A DNA stretch of 64,000 nt from Lama glama. Its lineage: Eukaryota. The stretch spans positions 9,858,001 through 9,922,000 of the forward strand of contig CM052842.1 of assembly GCA_028534125.1 (NCBI GenBank), given 5' to 3'. Each line of letters begins with the position of its first letter. Position 1 is the stretch's first letter. A program made the translations under genes and the position numbers. Of the stretch, positions 23,736-37,045 are shown one piece after another. Under the pieces are notes generated by a model. It was not told the DNA's origin and made no database searches. It saw only the letters and a list, made by a program, of their open reading frames with translations.

Positions 23736-24569
23736 AGCCCTTAATAACTGTCGGCTAATCAGATCCAATTCGACTCATCCATTACCAGATGGCACTTGAG
23801 GAACTGGATGACAAGGACTGGTAGGTGGGAGGTGGCCCCACTCTTTAATTTTTCCAGACTAGGCAGCTACTCTCATGAGCCAATCCCCCTCAGAGCTGGA
23901 GCCCAGGGAGAGAAAAACTCTCAAGACAACACACAATTTACTAAAATACCAAAATACCAAATTCCAAATACGCTGGAATCCAATCTGGCTCCCCTGATGT
24001 TTGAAGGGCAGCTGCCGCAGGCTCTCCTTTGCCTCCCCTTTCCCCCAGTCTCTGGCCCTCAGGGAAACCTGTCTTCCAGGCAGGCAAGAGCGAGGGCCAG
24101 GGAGCTAGGCTGCCTCCTCCCCGCTCAGGAGCAGGGGAGGGAAAGGGAAGGGACTGTGCCAAAGGTCACAGTGTTCCCGGTCAGTGTGTTCCAGCTTTGA
24201 AGTCAGAATGCTGTCAGTGTCCAGGCAAGAAAAACGCTGCCGGCCGCTCCACCTGCCAGACCTGCGACGAGCTCCAGCTGCACACGCAGGAAGGGCGTGA
24301 TCACCAGAGGCCCCCCCTTTCCAGCCCCAGCAGCCTCCTTGGGAGACTGTGACTGAAGAGATGGCCAAGCCACAGTGTGCACAATGGCCTCACCTATGTG
24401 CCTGGGTACCTTGCTCACAGAGCTTCTGAATGTCAACCAAGTGTGCCTCCAGCACCAAAGTCCACGGGGAGAAAAGGCATTTCTACATCCTTCAGCTCTC
24501 TCTTCCATCTCTCCTTTATTCACAACTTCCCTTTAATTTATTTAATCCCAACCCCCTCCCCCACCCCAA

Positions 24570-25000
24570 GAAGATTTATTGTGCACCCATTGACACATAT
24601 CAGGTAATGGTTTAGTTATGAAGCCATCATTGTCTCTGTTCTTAGGGTTAGAGTTTATAGAGGGAAGGAGATAGTAAACAACAAATGAAGGAATTAATAT
24701 AGAATTAAGAGTTGTGATAGACACTGTGAAGGAAAAAGAGCAAAGTGTTTCAGGAAAGAAAAGCCACAGGGCAACCTGAAAACGGGAGGTGGAGGAAGGG
24801 CTCCTCAAGCCACTGAAGTTGAGGACTGAAGGATCAGGAGGAGGCAGACTTGTGAGGCCAGCTTGAGTGTGTGGTAAAGAATTGGTCTAGGTCACAGCAT
24901 GTGCAAAGGTCCTGAGACAGGAGAAAGAAAGGCCTACTTGAGAAACTGAAACAACATAGCATAGTGGATAGATGTGAATCCAAGATTAAGTGGGGGACCC
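24570..25000 (-). mobile_element. L2 LINE 3' region
   Basis: gatttattgtgcaccc...agagtttatagagggaaggagata...acagcatgtgcaaaggtcctgagacagga. Confidence 0.75.
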
Positions 25001-25433
25001 TGAAGTATATACTTGAATTCTCTATTTTCAGCTTTCTCAAGTAAGATCAGGTAAGGATTTAGGGAGGAAGTGCATTTGAGCTGATTAGTCTGGGCTAACT
25101 TAAAGAGGTACATTTTTCTAAGTTTTATCAACCAGTCCTCACCACTCTTCAAGTTAGTCTAGAGATAAATTTGTCTAGACAGATGTCGGAGAAGTAAGAG
25201 TCCAAGTTTCTGCCTATTTCCCATCTCCCTGCCCTTGGCTGAATTGGTCCACACAGGGGGGTCTTGGAACAGAAATGCCCCCATCTACATGCCCAGTGCT
25301 TCCTCTTGCCCCGTCCAGCCACCTAGAGCAGGACAGGGAGCTCACATGTGGGCACCCTGGTGACTGCCACCTCCTGGACCTAGGGCAAAGCACTGCCCTC
25401 TCCGAGCCTCAGTTTGCTGTTTTCACAAGAAAC

Positions 25434-26178
25434 CAGGATGGACTACATAATGAAAATGTGAGGCTCCTTGTTGGAAAAGCGGGGGGGGGGGGATGTCAGG
25501 AAAAGTACTAACATATAAAGATTCCTTTCTGCCGCAGTCTTTCCCTCAACTTGTCACAGTGTTTTTTATTTGCTATTTAGTGTCATTTTAAGCAAAGCAT
25601 AATTAAAATCTTGAAGGATTAGCATGAATTTTACCATTTATCTTTATATTGTACGATGTCAGGTTTACATGCAAATACGAGAGCATTTGACTCATGCAGA
25701 ATCACCAAAATCACACAATTTGTATTTTATATCTCAAACGTGTATGCATATTTCATTCTCACCAGGACAGTGGAAACACTACACAAAATGAACTCAATTA
25801 TTTTTGTTTCACCTTCTCAAAATACACACATGATACCAACAGCCAGTGGCAGTGACGGCTTCTGTAACACACACACCTGGTACTGGATTTGAGTCACGCC
25901 AAACTCCCATGCATCGTCGGTCCACCAGAATCACAGGCGTGGCAAACACTGTGTGAGTGGGGTGGCGCTAAACCACAGGTGGAATATTGTGCCTGTCTCT
26001 TCTGATCACTTACGTGTTCCATTGCCCTCCAGACTTCACTCACAGAACTCAAGAGCAAAGATAAAATCATTGAGAATTTCAAGACAGCAGTGGCAGAACA
26101 TTACACCAAGCATGGGACTCTTCTGAGCATGGGGCCCTGTGTGACATCCTTGGCTGTCCCCACGTGAAGCCAGCCCTT
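25434..26178. mobile_element. MER45B-like hAT-Tip100 element with an internal deletion, inserted after a MIR core (25340-25430)
   Basis: gactacataatgaaaatgtgaggctccttgtt...ttagcatgaattttaccatt...gagaatttcaagacagcagtggcagaacatt...ggggccctgtgtgac...tgaagccagccct. Confidence 0.85.
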
Positions 26179-26369
26179 CAAGAAGGATAGTCTAGGTAAT
26201 AGCCTTGACCACAAGCACTTAATGCAGCTCACTGTTTCGACTGCCTTTAAAGATTTAACCCTTCTGGACGTACCTTTATCATCCTAGAGATTTCTGCCCT
26301 GTTGTTTTCATATCAAATGGGGTAGCATGTGTAGACTTGAAAACCAAGGGAAAGTTCTCATGATAGAGC

Positions 26370-27100
26370 TCACACTGGCTTAGGGACCACCTAGAGCCAG
26401 ATTCAAAACCCTGTTTCACCACTGAGTAGCTCAGAAACATTTGATAAGTGATTTAGCCTTCCAGAGTCTCAGTTTCCTAAGTTGTAAAACTGAGGTCATG
26501 GCTATCATACCGTAAAGGAGCTGCGAGAATTTAACATAATCTGGGTGAAGTCCCTGCATGTAGGAGACACACTGTTAATGAGCTCTATTGTTTTTATTGA
26601 AAAACTTCAGGTCTCTGAACTTCAGACATCCTGGTCCCTCTTCAGACCTCAGACACTCCCCAAGCCCCTGGTTGCCTGCAGACACACAGCTGGGAGAGGA
26701 GGCAGGTATGTGTTGTGAAGTGAAGTGAGTGATTCAGTGGGTTTCTAACACAAGTAAACAAGGGTTCCAGTTCCAGCTCCGTCCATTGCTTGACCCTGAG
26801 TGAGTGACTTCACCTCTTAGGGTCTCAGTTACCTCCTGGATAGCCGGTGTGAGAGAGATGACACTGCAACCTACTTCATGGAGCTGCTGGGAGGATTACA
26901 TGGGCCCCACTCGCCACCTGCATGCTGTTTGCAGAGGAACTATGCTCACCTGCTCCGTGCCTTGGTTAGCTGTCTGCAAAACGGGGATGCTGGTAGCCCC
27001 TACCACGTGAGGTGGTTTTCTGGAACAAATGAGACTGTCCATGTAAAGTGACCAACACAGTGCCTGGCACATAGTTAGGCCATAATGAATGTGGAATGTG
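26370..27100 (+). mobile_element. Three sense MIR copies (26370-26600, 26720-26900, 26960-27100)
   Basis: agtctcagtttcctaagttgtaaaa; tgacttcacctcttagggtctcagtt; acacagtgcctggcacatagttaggc. Confidence 0.75.
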
Positions 27101-28019
27101 GTAGTTCTCACGTTATTGATGCCAGCAGGTAACCAGCACGCCTCCCTCTTCTCCCCCTTCCCTCTGCATGCAGTATCCCTCACGGTGACCAAGGGCATTG
27201 GCTGGTTCAGTGTCCATTTTCAACTTCTGCTGATGCCACTTCAGCACCTCTCCCCTGCCAGAGAACACAGCTTACTCAAGGAGTGGGTCTATTTTTGTTT
27301 CTGAAGAAGGAAAACAGATGCACGTGCCAAAGCACAGACTTCTTCAAAACAAGACGGAGCCCCAGACAAGGTCATGGCCCTGGCTTTTAGGAACTGGGAG
27401 GGAGGTGTACTTTCCAGTAACCTCCTGGTGGAAGATAGTAACATCTCTCAAGCAGCAGCTATAAGTCAAGGTCCCCAGTCCTCTGGTCTTGCACAGAGCG
27501 TCATGTGCTTCCCTGTTTGAAGCTGGGAGATTATCTTGCTTCAAACAACATCAGAACATCAGCCTTTGCCCCTGTCCCCCAGCTCCTTCGCCCCTCCTTC
27601 TGTAACAAGGAGCCATCATGAACTCTCTGAGTGCTTTATCCAGGCTACAAGGTGACCACCATCTGTGCACCTTTCAGATAAACCTCGTTTCCCCCAAGCC
27701 AACCTAGGGCATCCAACAAGCACTTCTTAGGCACCGTGTGCCAAGCATAGTGCTAGACACTCAGAGACAGACCTGTTGAGTAAGATACAATCTGTTTTCC
27801 ATATATACGCCAGACTTTAAAGAGAAGATTTCAATATAAGGCGTTAAGTGCACTGAGAAAGGAGAAAAGAGAGAACCATGGAAACCCAGAAGAATAAAAG
27901 AGGGGCTTAGGCCTGTGTGTTTAGCATAAGCTGGGAAAGGGGACACCTGGTCAAACCAAGAAAGGAAATGGCTATTTTTCACTCGTTCCTTTGTTAAGTC
28001 ATTCATCTTACATACCTGG

Positions 28020-28250
28020 ATGAAATGACCCTTCCCCACAACCCACTTACACTGGCAGTGCCTCCATGCCTCTCCTAACTTAGCGCTCAGCACCTGGTTC
28101 CAGAAGCGCACATTTTATTATCTGACTCTAGACTCTAAGTTCTATGGAGGCAGCAACCAGGCTTGTCACGTTCTCTGTTGCAGTCGTAGCACTTAACGCA
28201 GTGCCTGGCACACAGCGGGCACATGATCAACGTTTAGCCCATTGAACGCA
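28020..28250 (+). mobile_element. L2 3' end
   Basis: ctagactctaagttctatggaggcagcaacc...tagcacttaacgcagtgcctggcacacagcgggc. Confidence 0.8.
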
Positions 28251-28384
28251 TCTTTTGATGACTTAGACAATGGTAATACAACTTAGACGAATATGCCTAA
28301 ATAAGTAATTAACCAGAGACGTTGACAAATGCAAATAACATATGAACGATGCAGGTTGTAGAAGTTAGGGAGAGGGTGTGCCCA

Positions 28385-28740
28385 ATTCAGTTCAATTCAA
28401 TTCAATCCAGCAATTAATCGTGCCTTCTTTGTGAAAGGAACAATCTACAAATTATAGAGGACACAGAAATATATCAGAAAAAGGAAGCCCTTTTGCTCAA
28501 CATGTTACCCTAGAGGAGAGGATACAGTGCATAAAATAAAGATCTACATAAATTGGATGCTATGAAGATTCAAGCAGAAAGGCTTCGAGAAAAATTTTAG
28601 AAGGTGATCAGAATGCATCTTGAATGAGGCACTTCTTCCCTGTGGGTTCAGGTGGAGTGAGAGAAAAGAGATCATGTCTCTTTTTGGAAGAGAAAATATC
28701 AGAAGCAAATAGGAAGGAAGATGGAACATGACTGACGCTT
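28385..28740 (-). mobile_element. L2 3' region
   Basis: (ttcaa)n tail, then gaggacacagaaat...gatgctatgaagattcaagcag. Confidence 0.6.
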
Positions 28741-29725
28741 TTGGGAAACTCTGGTTTCACAGTCATCTAAAGACAGCGCTCAGGAGTAGAAGGAGCTTGT
28801 CTTCAAGTACTCAGTGACCCAACCAACTCCTCCAGGGACATCCCACATCCACAACACTGGGGCCTCGTGACCTCAGGCCTCAGTCACCACGCTGAAGCAT
28901 CGATCCCTTTTGTTTCTTGCAGCAGGGAAGTGGCACAATCAAAGCTATTTCTTAAGAACATTTATAGGCATCTGTGCAGTGGATATAGGCTGCTTTTGTC
29001 CGCCCAATACCTCTGCAACCTTGGAGGACCTTGCCCCTCCTCCGATGCAAATGGTCCTTGTAGAACGACAGTCAGAGTAGCACACTGCAATCCCCAGGCT
29101 CAGGAGTGAATACAAGGAGTCCCATCACAGAAACCAACCTCCTGCCAGTAACGAGTTGCCCAGGGGTGGTTGTGTGACTCAACGGGGCCCATTAGCATCT
29201 TCTCCTGGATTGATATGCAGACACTGGGAAAGAGAAAGACAGATAAGTGGGTAGGAAAATAAAAAGAAGTTCCATTGAGGGGAGCCACGCAGAGCCAGGA
29301 ACAGCCATGGAAATGCACCTGAGACGTTCGGAGGGGAGGGAGGGAGCAAATATGGACGGATGTAGCAGAAATTTTAGGTAAAGCTCAATGGACCAGACAC
29401 CCAAAGAGGGAAGATGGATTCTGCTTTGGTGGATTTGGGTGGCCGCCTTAGGGAATGACTGCTTCTCAAGTGGGCCATGGGAAACCACTAAGGGCTTTGG
29501 AAAGGAAGGATGACTTCACTCCCTGTCCCAGATCACAACTGTATTTTTCAGAAAAATGGGATGAAGTGGGAATAAGCATAAGCTGGGGCTCAGGCAGTTC
29601 ATTCCCATCCTGGCTCCACTCTCCCTGGGGAATTTTGGGGAACCACAGCAAAAGGGTGAGAGCAAGGAAGAAAATCAGAAATGCATCAAGAGGTGCCCAT
29701 CTCCCAACAGGCATCGTGTTTAGAA

Positions 29726-29905
29726 CAGGGGTTGGCAAACAATCTTTGTAAATAAAGTTTTATTGGAACACGGATACCCTGTCTGTTTGCACACTGTCTT
29801 GCACACAACAATGGCAAGACCAATAACTGTGACAGAGGCCATATGACTGGCAAAGTCTAAACTAAGAACTCTCTGGTCCTTTACAGGAAACGTTTGCTGG
29901 CCCTG
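29726..29905. mobile_element. MER58A-like hAT-Charlie MITE
   Basis: TIRs caggggttggcaaac / gtttgctggccctg; ttgtaaataaagttttattggaacac; flanks gtttagaa / atctaggg resemble the NTCTAGAN target. Confidence 0.9.
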
Positions 29906-30269
29906 ATCTAGGGTCTTATGAAATAAAACTTGATGTAACAGGATGGACACTGGGCAGGAGGAGAGAAAAATTAAAAACGACTTCTCGATGCACACAGAAC
30001 AACTTAGGAGAGAGAGAAAACTGATGGGATTGGCAACTTTCCCTAGGCTTAGGGGAAAAAACTACTTTTTCTTGACAGTCAATGGCAGTTTTATTGTGAA
30101 ATAAAGAGGGCTGAGGTAGAAATGGAGAAATGCAGATGGGAGAAATGGGTAAACCAAAGGGCCTGAAAGAGCCATGGAGACAGGTGGAGAGAAATAGAGA
30201 CACGGAGGAGAGAGAAAGGCAGAAGAAAGAAATTAAGGAAAACACTGCGTGATAAGAAGGATGGGGAAT

Positions 30270-30520
30270 TTTATATATACATATGATACTCAGATATTTT
30301 AATACGATAAATATATATTTAACATATACTGTATTCAATATATATTTATATATTTCTATATGTGTGCATATATCTATGTCTATATATATCTTATATATGC
30401 TGTTATTTATCTACAGATAGGTAAATATAGGTATCAGCATACATAAATAGATAGGTCAGCATAGTTTATATGTATGGTCTCTGTGTGTGTATATATGTGT
30501 GTGTGTGTGTGTGTGTGTAT
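30270..30520. repeat. TA-rich low-complexity tract ending in (TG)11 (30496-30517)
   Basis: Degenerate TATA/TGTG runs visible directly. Confidence 0.9.
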
Positions 30521-31384
30521 ACACAAAATATACTGGTAGCCCCTCTCTGGGGTTTTGACAAAATATCAAAAATATTACCTTAACACAAAGAAAACTTCTT
30601 GGGTGGAAACATCAGAAAGTCATTTCTTTGTTCCAAACTATCCGGAGACAGATAATCAGGATGTATTGACCCAAGGGGTAACTGTGTTGACAGAGACCAA
30701 GACAAAATCAATACAAGATTTCGACAGCAAAGTTTGCAGAACCCTGAGGTAGATAAGAGCGTGTTTCCGGCGTGCTTTTATCAGGAATATCTCCTGCAGG
30801 TTTACAAGGCGTCCTTCCCAGTCTGTCTCTTCCTGAGCGTATATAAAAGTGCTTTTAGGGGATGTCTTTACTGATTGCAAATATCACAAATGAGAGCAAT
30901 GAGATTTTTAAGTCCACCCACCCACACACACACGCACACAAAAGAGCTATTTAATGATTTCAGAGACAGGAAGAGGAGCCTCTTATCCTCACAAAGAAAA
31001 CCCCAGGTGACCTCAGAAAAAGTCACAAGCCCTTTGAGAGTGCACACCATCACCCGAGACCACACTGGGTGACTGAACAGTATGAAAAGGCTTGACAGGA
31101 CCAGGAGAATGGAGAAGGGGAAAGACAGGGAGCCAGAGGGGGTCTTTCTATGCCTTTCACTACTTCTGCTCTGGAATGACCCATAGGACCTGACATGGAT
31201 GCAGGCAAACCAGGATTTGAATTCTGAATCTGACACACGGGAGCTGGTTGATCACGGGCAAGAAGTTCCTTGAACCCTCCTGGCCCAAGTGTGACTTAAG
31301 GAACTACAAATAGAGTCCTAAAGTCAGATTAGGCAGCACTTGTGGGGATGCAGCAGGAGACAGTTGTGATGTTGATGTAAATAA

Positions 31385-31632
31385 ATAATAATAATAATAA
31401 CAACAACAACAGCCATCATTTACTGAGGGATCGTGTGTGCCAAACACTGCCTTCAATGCCTTTTAATATAGACTCAATTTATTCTCACAACAACCTTAAG
31501 AAGCGAATTATTACCATCATCAGCTCCCTTAGAAAATGTAGATCAGAAAGGTGAAAGTGAAAAAGCCAAAATTAGAATCCAGAAAGCCAGTTCAGGGTCT
31601 GTACTATTATCCACTGTGCTCTATTGCCTCTA
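31385..31632 (-). mobile_element. MIR SINE with (AAT)n/(AAC)n tail
   Basis: catttactgaggg...tttattctcacaacaacctt...attagaatccag...tatccactgtgctctattgcctct. Confidence 0.75.
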
Positions 31633-31668
31633 CAGTGAGGCTAGACAAGCCAGCAGGAGCTGGATCGT

Positions 31669-32124
31669 TGCATTAATTTCCTACGGTTGTCACAGCAAAT
31701 GATCACAAATTGAGTGACTTAATATAACGGAAATGTATACTAGCACAGCCTGGAGGCCAGAAGTCTGAAATCGAGGTGCTGGCAGGGCCATGCTCTCTTT
31801 GGAGGGTCTAGTGGAGGGTCCTTCCTTGCCTCTTTCAAACTCTGGTGGCTCCAGGCAGTTCTGGCTCACTTCCTTGGCTTAATAGATGCATCATTCCAAT
31901 CTCTGCTTCCCTCCTCACATCCCCTTCTGCTCTGTGTCCCTGTGTATTCACACCTCTTCCCATAGGGACAGCAGCCATGGGGTTTAAGGCCCACTCTAAC
32001 CCAGCCTGATCTTGTCTCAATCCTCAACAAAGTACATCTGCAAGGACCCTATTTCAAAATAAGGTTGCATTCTGAGATTCCAAGTGGACGTGAATTTTAA
32101 GGGGACACTGTTTAACCCACTGCG
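31669..32124 (-). mobile_element. MLT1C-like MaLR solo LTR
   Basis: ctggaggccagaagtctgaaatcgaggtgctggcagggccatgctc...tacatctgcaaggaccctatttcaaaataagg...ggggacactgtttaacccact. Confidence 0.9.
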
Positions 32125-32187
32125 GTCACAAAGCCCATAAATTCTAATCTTATCTTGCAGAGTCTGAAGAGATAATGAATTATTATT

Positions 32188-32815
32188 ATTCAGACAGGGC
32201 TCCTTGGGAGATAAGTGACAGAAATTCAACTCAAATTCACGTAAGCATGAAAGGAATTTATGGACTCGAGTAACTAAAAAGTTTAGGCACAAACTTTAGG
32301 TATTAAAAATGTCAGGCATATCTGCTTCCAGGAGCCCAAATAAACACCTCATCTCATCTCTGAAGTCTAATTTTGCTTTTGTTGGTTTCCCTGAAGCAGA
32401 CTCTTCCCAAGAAATGTCAAGGTGGCCTCCATTGCTCTGGAAATAGAATTAAAAGAACAAACAGCCAGATCCACGTGGCTTTTATTTTTATCTGCAGTCA
32501 TTAGTGGTGGAAAATTAATGAAGATTATATCCTACCTTCTCATTCAATTCCAAATAAAGAACTTCTGTTTCCCTAAGTTTCTATCAAAAGTCTAGGGGAT
32601 GAACCTCAGTGGACCAACTTGGATTATATTACACCCTTTAACTAATCATCATAGTCAGAGGACATGATATTCTAATTAGCCTGAATATACATACATCCAC
32701 CCCACTCAGTCACCACTCACATGGATGCATCAGCGACCATCTCCCAAGGAAAACCTGGGATGTTGGACCAGAAGGGAGGATGGGGACCGGGCAGATGGAA
32801 ACAAAACAAGCCAAT
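32188..32815 (-). mobile_element. MLT1K/L-like MaLR LTR
   Basis: aagtgacagaaattcaactcaaa...aaaggaatttatggactcgagtaactaaaaagt...tctaattagcctg...gggatgttggaccagaagggaggatgggg. Confidence 0.65.
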
Positions 32816-33319
32816 TATAGATTCGGAAGAGGAGAGTGGCAAGGTTGAATAAACTTGGGTTTTTCAAAAGAAAGCATACAGGTACTTTCCATTATGGTCA
32901 GTCTTACTTCTCTAAATCAACGATTTGCAGAGCAAATGACACCTGGACTTCTGTGGCGCACTGGTCAGTGGCAGTTACTCAGCACTGGATTATCCAAAGT
33001 CCCTCCAGGCTCGTCTGCACGTCACCCCAGTAAGACTGACTTCCCCTTGCAGGCAAGGATTCCGGTCACCACTGCTTCCTGGTCAACTCCAGCTCGATTG
33101 CATGTAGAGCCCTAACCTCCAGTGTGGATGTTTCCTCGGGGACATAGCCTCTACCACTTACACGGAACTAAGAGAGACAAAATGAGACCAAAGTCCAAAG
33201 AATGGACTCAGCTTAGCAAGATACCTGAAGCTGACAAACACTTCACCCCACCCTGCGCATCTTAAATTTTCCCCAGAGTCAAATCTAATTAGAAGCAATG
33301 GCACAGGAATGAAATGGTC

Positions 33320-34595
33320 GTATGAGTCTTCCTGCAGAGGACTATTATAAAAACTGGATTAAAAGAAAAAAACTATCTAAAGACCCTGGAAAGCATCCAA
33401 AAACAGAAGCCAGAGGAGAGTTTACTTTGGGGAAGGTGGGGACACACACACACACACACACACACAACTAAGGGAGAAGAATTGGGAACGTGCGGCTTTC
33501 TGACCTGAGGGTGCGCCACAGCCCCATGGCCACAGCTGTGAAAACCCAAAGCCTCAGTGGCCCCACAGGCCAGACATCAGGATAGAAAAGGGCTAGGAAA
33601 GCAGGTGAAAATGTAAAGAGCAATTTCTGTCAACAAGAGAACCACAGAAGTAGTGAGATGCAAATACTGCCGAAATCCCTGGCTGACAGCAAACTCTGCA
33701 TGTATAGAAGAGACGCAGAGGGGCCGGGAAAAAGCGCGCAGAGATCAGAAGGAAGCCTACTCTTTAAAGGTAGGGCTGCAGTGGGTGAGATCTGTGCATT
33801 TTCTGGGGGTTTGGTTTTGGTTTTTAATTCCACACATTCCCAATTTTGCATAGCTTGGGGAGCAGAAAACTGAAGTCTTATGAGCTTGAAGTATCTGAAG
33901 ACAGAACCTGAGGTTAGCAGACAAACCAGGAAGGGGGGAACCCTGGAAGAAAACAACCACTGAAAACGTGAGCCCCATTGCTGCCCCAATTCTCGGCGAA
34001 TAACCAAGTTGTGCAGGCTCCTGGGAGACCCCTAGAGAGCCAGGCTGCAAAATCAGCAGTGGAAAGCCATAAGAATAGAGCAAACAGACCAAGTGCTACA
34101 TATCTTTGAATCTAGGCAGGCTCACGTGCTTACTATAACAAAAATCCAATCATCCTCAGAAGACCACAACATAACACAGATTGACTACTATGTATTTATT
34201 ATGTACAATGTCCACTCTTCAACCAAAACTTACTACACATGCAAGGAAACAGACAAGAGGAATTTATTGCAGGAAAAAAAGTCAGGCACTGGAAAATGAC
34301 ATTGCCTGGGAAAGGAGGTTGTAATTATCAGACAAAATTTTCGAAATAAGGTATTAATGAAGGAGCAGATAAAGGATGAAGAAAGCAATCAGTGACTGTG
34401 TACTAGGAAGACAGCTCATTAGAAACTACCCAGTCTAAACAACAGAGATTTAAAATATTGAAGCTCAGAGACATATCAGATAATATCAAGCATGATCCAA
34501 AATGCGTGGCATTAGAATCGAGAAGAAGCAAAAGACAGAGGGGGACAGAAGAAGGATTTGAATAAATAATGGCCCCAAACTTTTCAAACTGGGTG
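33320..34595 (+). mobile_element. Ancient L1M 5' UTR / ORF1 remnant, containing (AC)12 at 33442-33465
   Basis: aactatctaaagaccctggaaagcatccaaaaacag...; ORF1-like ctcagagacatatcagataatatcaagc...gggacagaagaaggatttgaataaataatggccccaaacttttcaaa. Confidence 0.6.
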
Positions 34596-34764
34596 CCAAG
34601 AGAGTAAGGGAGTCAGCCTTCTCTCCATAAACTCAGATCTCCATCGGGATGGAGTTAGTTAGCCTCAGGATCATTTGGCTCAAAGGACAGGACGTCTTAC
34701 CATCCTGTCTGGAAGTAGCATATGTGAAACATACATATTTTTTACAAATTTTTTTTTCACTAAT

Positions 34765-34932
34765 GTAGTTTCTCTCTCCCACCAGAACATAAATTCCTGG
34801 AATGTAGGGGCTGTTTTTGTCTGATTGTTTACTGCTCTATCCCCGGAACCTAGACCATGGCTAAGGTATGCGAGGTACCCAATAAGCATTGGTTGCAAAC
34901 TGACTTGCATGAGTAAATCAATGAATGAATTG
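34765..34932 (+). mobile_element. L2 3' end
   Basis: ccaccagaacataaattcctgg...tttactgctctatccccggaacctagacc...caataagcattggttg...aatgaatgaat. Confidence 0.8.
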
Positions 34933-35393
34933 CCAACGAAGAGTCTGGTTCATGTAGAGACTCAATAAGTGCTATTTCCCCACCCTGTTTTCTTTCCTCC
35001 CACATTCCAGGAAAGGCATCTGCCAGTTACTGTGAGACTACGTTCACAGCTCTGGATCCATTCTCTTCCCAGTCAAAATAACATGATTATTTGGCTGAGC
35101 GAGACAGGAAATGACCAATAGCCACAGCTAATGACACAGTCCCTGGCCAGGGAGACAAAAGAACAGCTTCTGTGCAGAGTAAGCAGCAAGGGGCCACAGG
35201 AATGTGAGACAGAAACATTTCTGAATGGTTATTTTTAATGAAACGATACAGTTCGCCTTCCAGTAATTCTTTGATAAATCTGACGGTCCCCCTATACAAC
35301 TCCACTGTGATGCAGTCAGACTGAATTCTCCTTGCTCTACGCCCACTTCTTCTGGGGAAAAGTGATAAGATATACTCAACGGATGAGAGAATT

Positions 35394-35530
35394 AGTGTTC
35401 CTCATCTTTTGTGGGGGTCACTTTTCCAGGACCTCATGAATATTATGGACCCTCCACTCAGAAAAAAAATACACGTAAGATGTTTTGCATACATTTTCAG
35501 GGAGTTGATGCACCCCAGATCCATGAACCA
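35394..35530. mobile_element. MER103C-like hAT-Charlie MITE
   Basis: tatggaccctccactcagaaaaaaaatacac...ttttgcatacattttcagggagtt...ccatgaacc. Confidence 0.6.
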
Positions 35531-35789
35531 TGTGGTCTGAAGCAAAATGCTCCATTTTACAGATGAAGATACCAGGCTGTAGAGAGGGGAAAAAAAAAAT
35601 CTAGCCCAAGGTCAAACAATAAGGTCGTTTATAAGAAGCAGCTACAAACTGGTACCACATCTTTTAATATCAAGTCGAATGTAATTTTCAGTACTTAGTA
35701 ATTACTTTGATTTTTCATATGTGGCCAAAATATTTGGAGTCATCTCTGATGAGTAAGGGGTGTGACTCAGCTGGTTACTATCCATTTTG

Positions 35790-36030
35790 GCGAGGAAAGT
35801 ATGAGTAGAAATAATGACATTAGAGTTCGTGCCTGAGAGGAAGCAGACATAAATCGTGCCTCTTCTCTTAGCTGTGTGATCTTGAATTATTACCGAGCAT
35901 CTCTGAGATCCTGTTTCTCTTGTCTGAAAAATGGAAATTAGGAGAATCTAACTCACAAGCGCTGTTGTCAAGATTAAGTAAGGCAATGCCTGTAAAGCAC
36001 TAGTTGTTCTCAGTAGTAGGAACACTTAAC
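35790..36030 (+). mobile_element. MIR SINE
   Basis: cttagctgtgtgatcttg...ctctgagatcctgtttc...ttgtcaagattaagtaaggcaatgcctgtaaagcact. Confidence 0.75.
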
Positions 36031-36221
36031 ATTTCAAAGCAGTTTCCAAAACGGAAGCACAAAATATTTTGAGTAATGACCATATCATTGGGGTAAGTGT
36101 CCAACTGTCTACAGTAGTCACTCCAGTCAGTTCGTAGGAGCACTAAGATGTGCCTCCAGAATTTAGGAGGAAGACCATCCTGTGAAAGTTCATCTCAGAC
36201 TATTCAATTCCAAACGTTTCT

Positions 36222-36580
36222 ATCAGGATAGGCTGTTATTCTCCAGGACCAAATAATCTTCCAAATCCCGAAGACTTACAACAGTAGAGATTTATTTCTT
36301 ATTCACATGACTTGCCCACCACCAGCTCGACCTCGCCGCCATTCCAGGATCCAGCTATGGAGAAGATTCCATCTAGAACACAGTGTGGCATCGAGTCAGA
36401 AGGGACAGAAAGATACAACAAACCACATGCCATCTTCTGCCTGGTAGCAACACACATCACTTCCGCTCACATGCCACTGGCCAGAGCAAAGCCCCGCGTG
36501 GCCAGGCTATGTACTCATGGGGCATCATCCCACCTCCACGAGACGCAGTGAATATCTGTGGACAATAGCGCAATCTGCCT
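36222..36580 (-). mobile_element. MLT1J-group MaLR LTR
   Basis: tatcaggataggctgttat...gacttacaacagtagagatttatttctt...catcacttccgctcacatgccactggccagagcaa. Confidence 0.7.
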
Positions 36581-36879
36581 TGGTGGATGGGAGTTGCTTT
36601 CTGCAAAATGGATCATCCTAAGTATTAAAATGTGACTATGGAGCTGAAATACTCAAGTCTAATCAAAATGACCATGTGAGAAAACAAGGGTCCTCAGATG
36701 ACAAAGAATAAAAGCCAAGACCAAATCAAAATGATCCCAACTAGGCAGAAATGAGAGAAGAAGTAATTTAGTAGGAAGACCATAGTCCGCATGGAGGCTG
36801 GAAAAGTAGGGGTGGAGTGGGGTGGGCGAGGGCAGTGTAAATCGGGAACATCAGTATCACTGCTCAGGGGAGAGGGTTC

Positions 36880-37045
36880 TCATCATTTGGCAAGCATGTT
36901 TTTTCTAAGGTGATATCTGTAAGGTGGGGTCATCCTAATGCATCCCTCTCAGGGTGTTCATGGGAACCATTAAATGAAATAATGATTGTGATGTACTCAG
37001 CACAGTGCCTGGTCCATATTATGTGCTCATTAAATGCTAGCTGAC
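36880..37045 (+). mobile_element. MIR SINE
   Basis: attaaatgaaataatgattgtgatgtactcagcacagtgcctgg...gctcattaaatgctagct. Confidence 0.75.
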
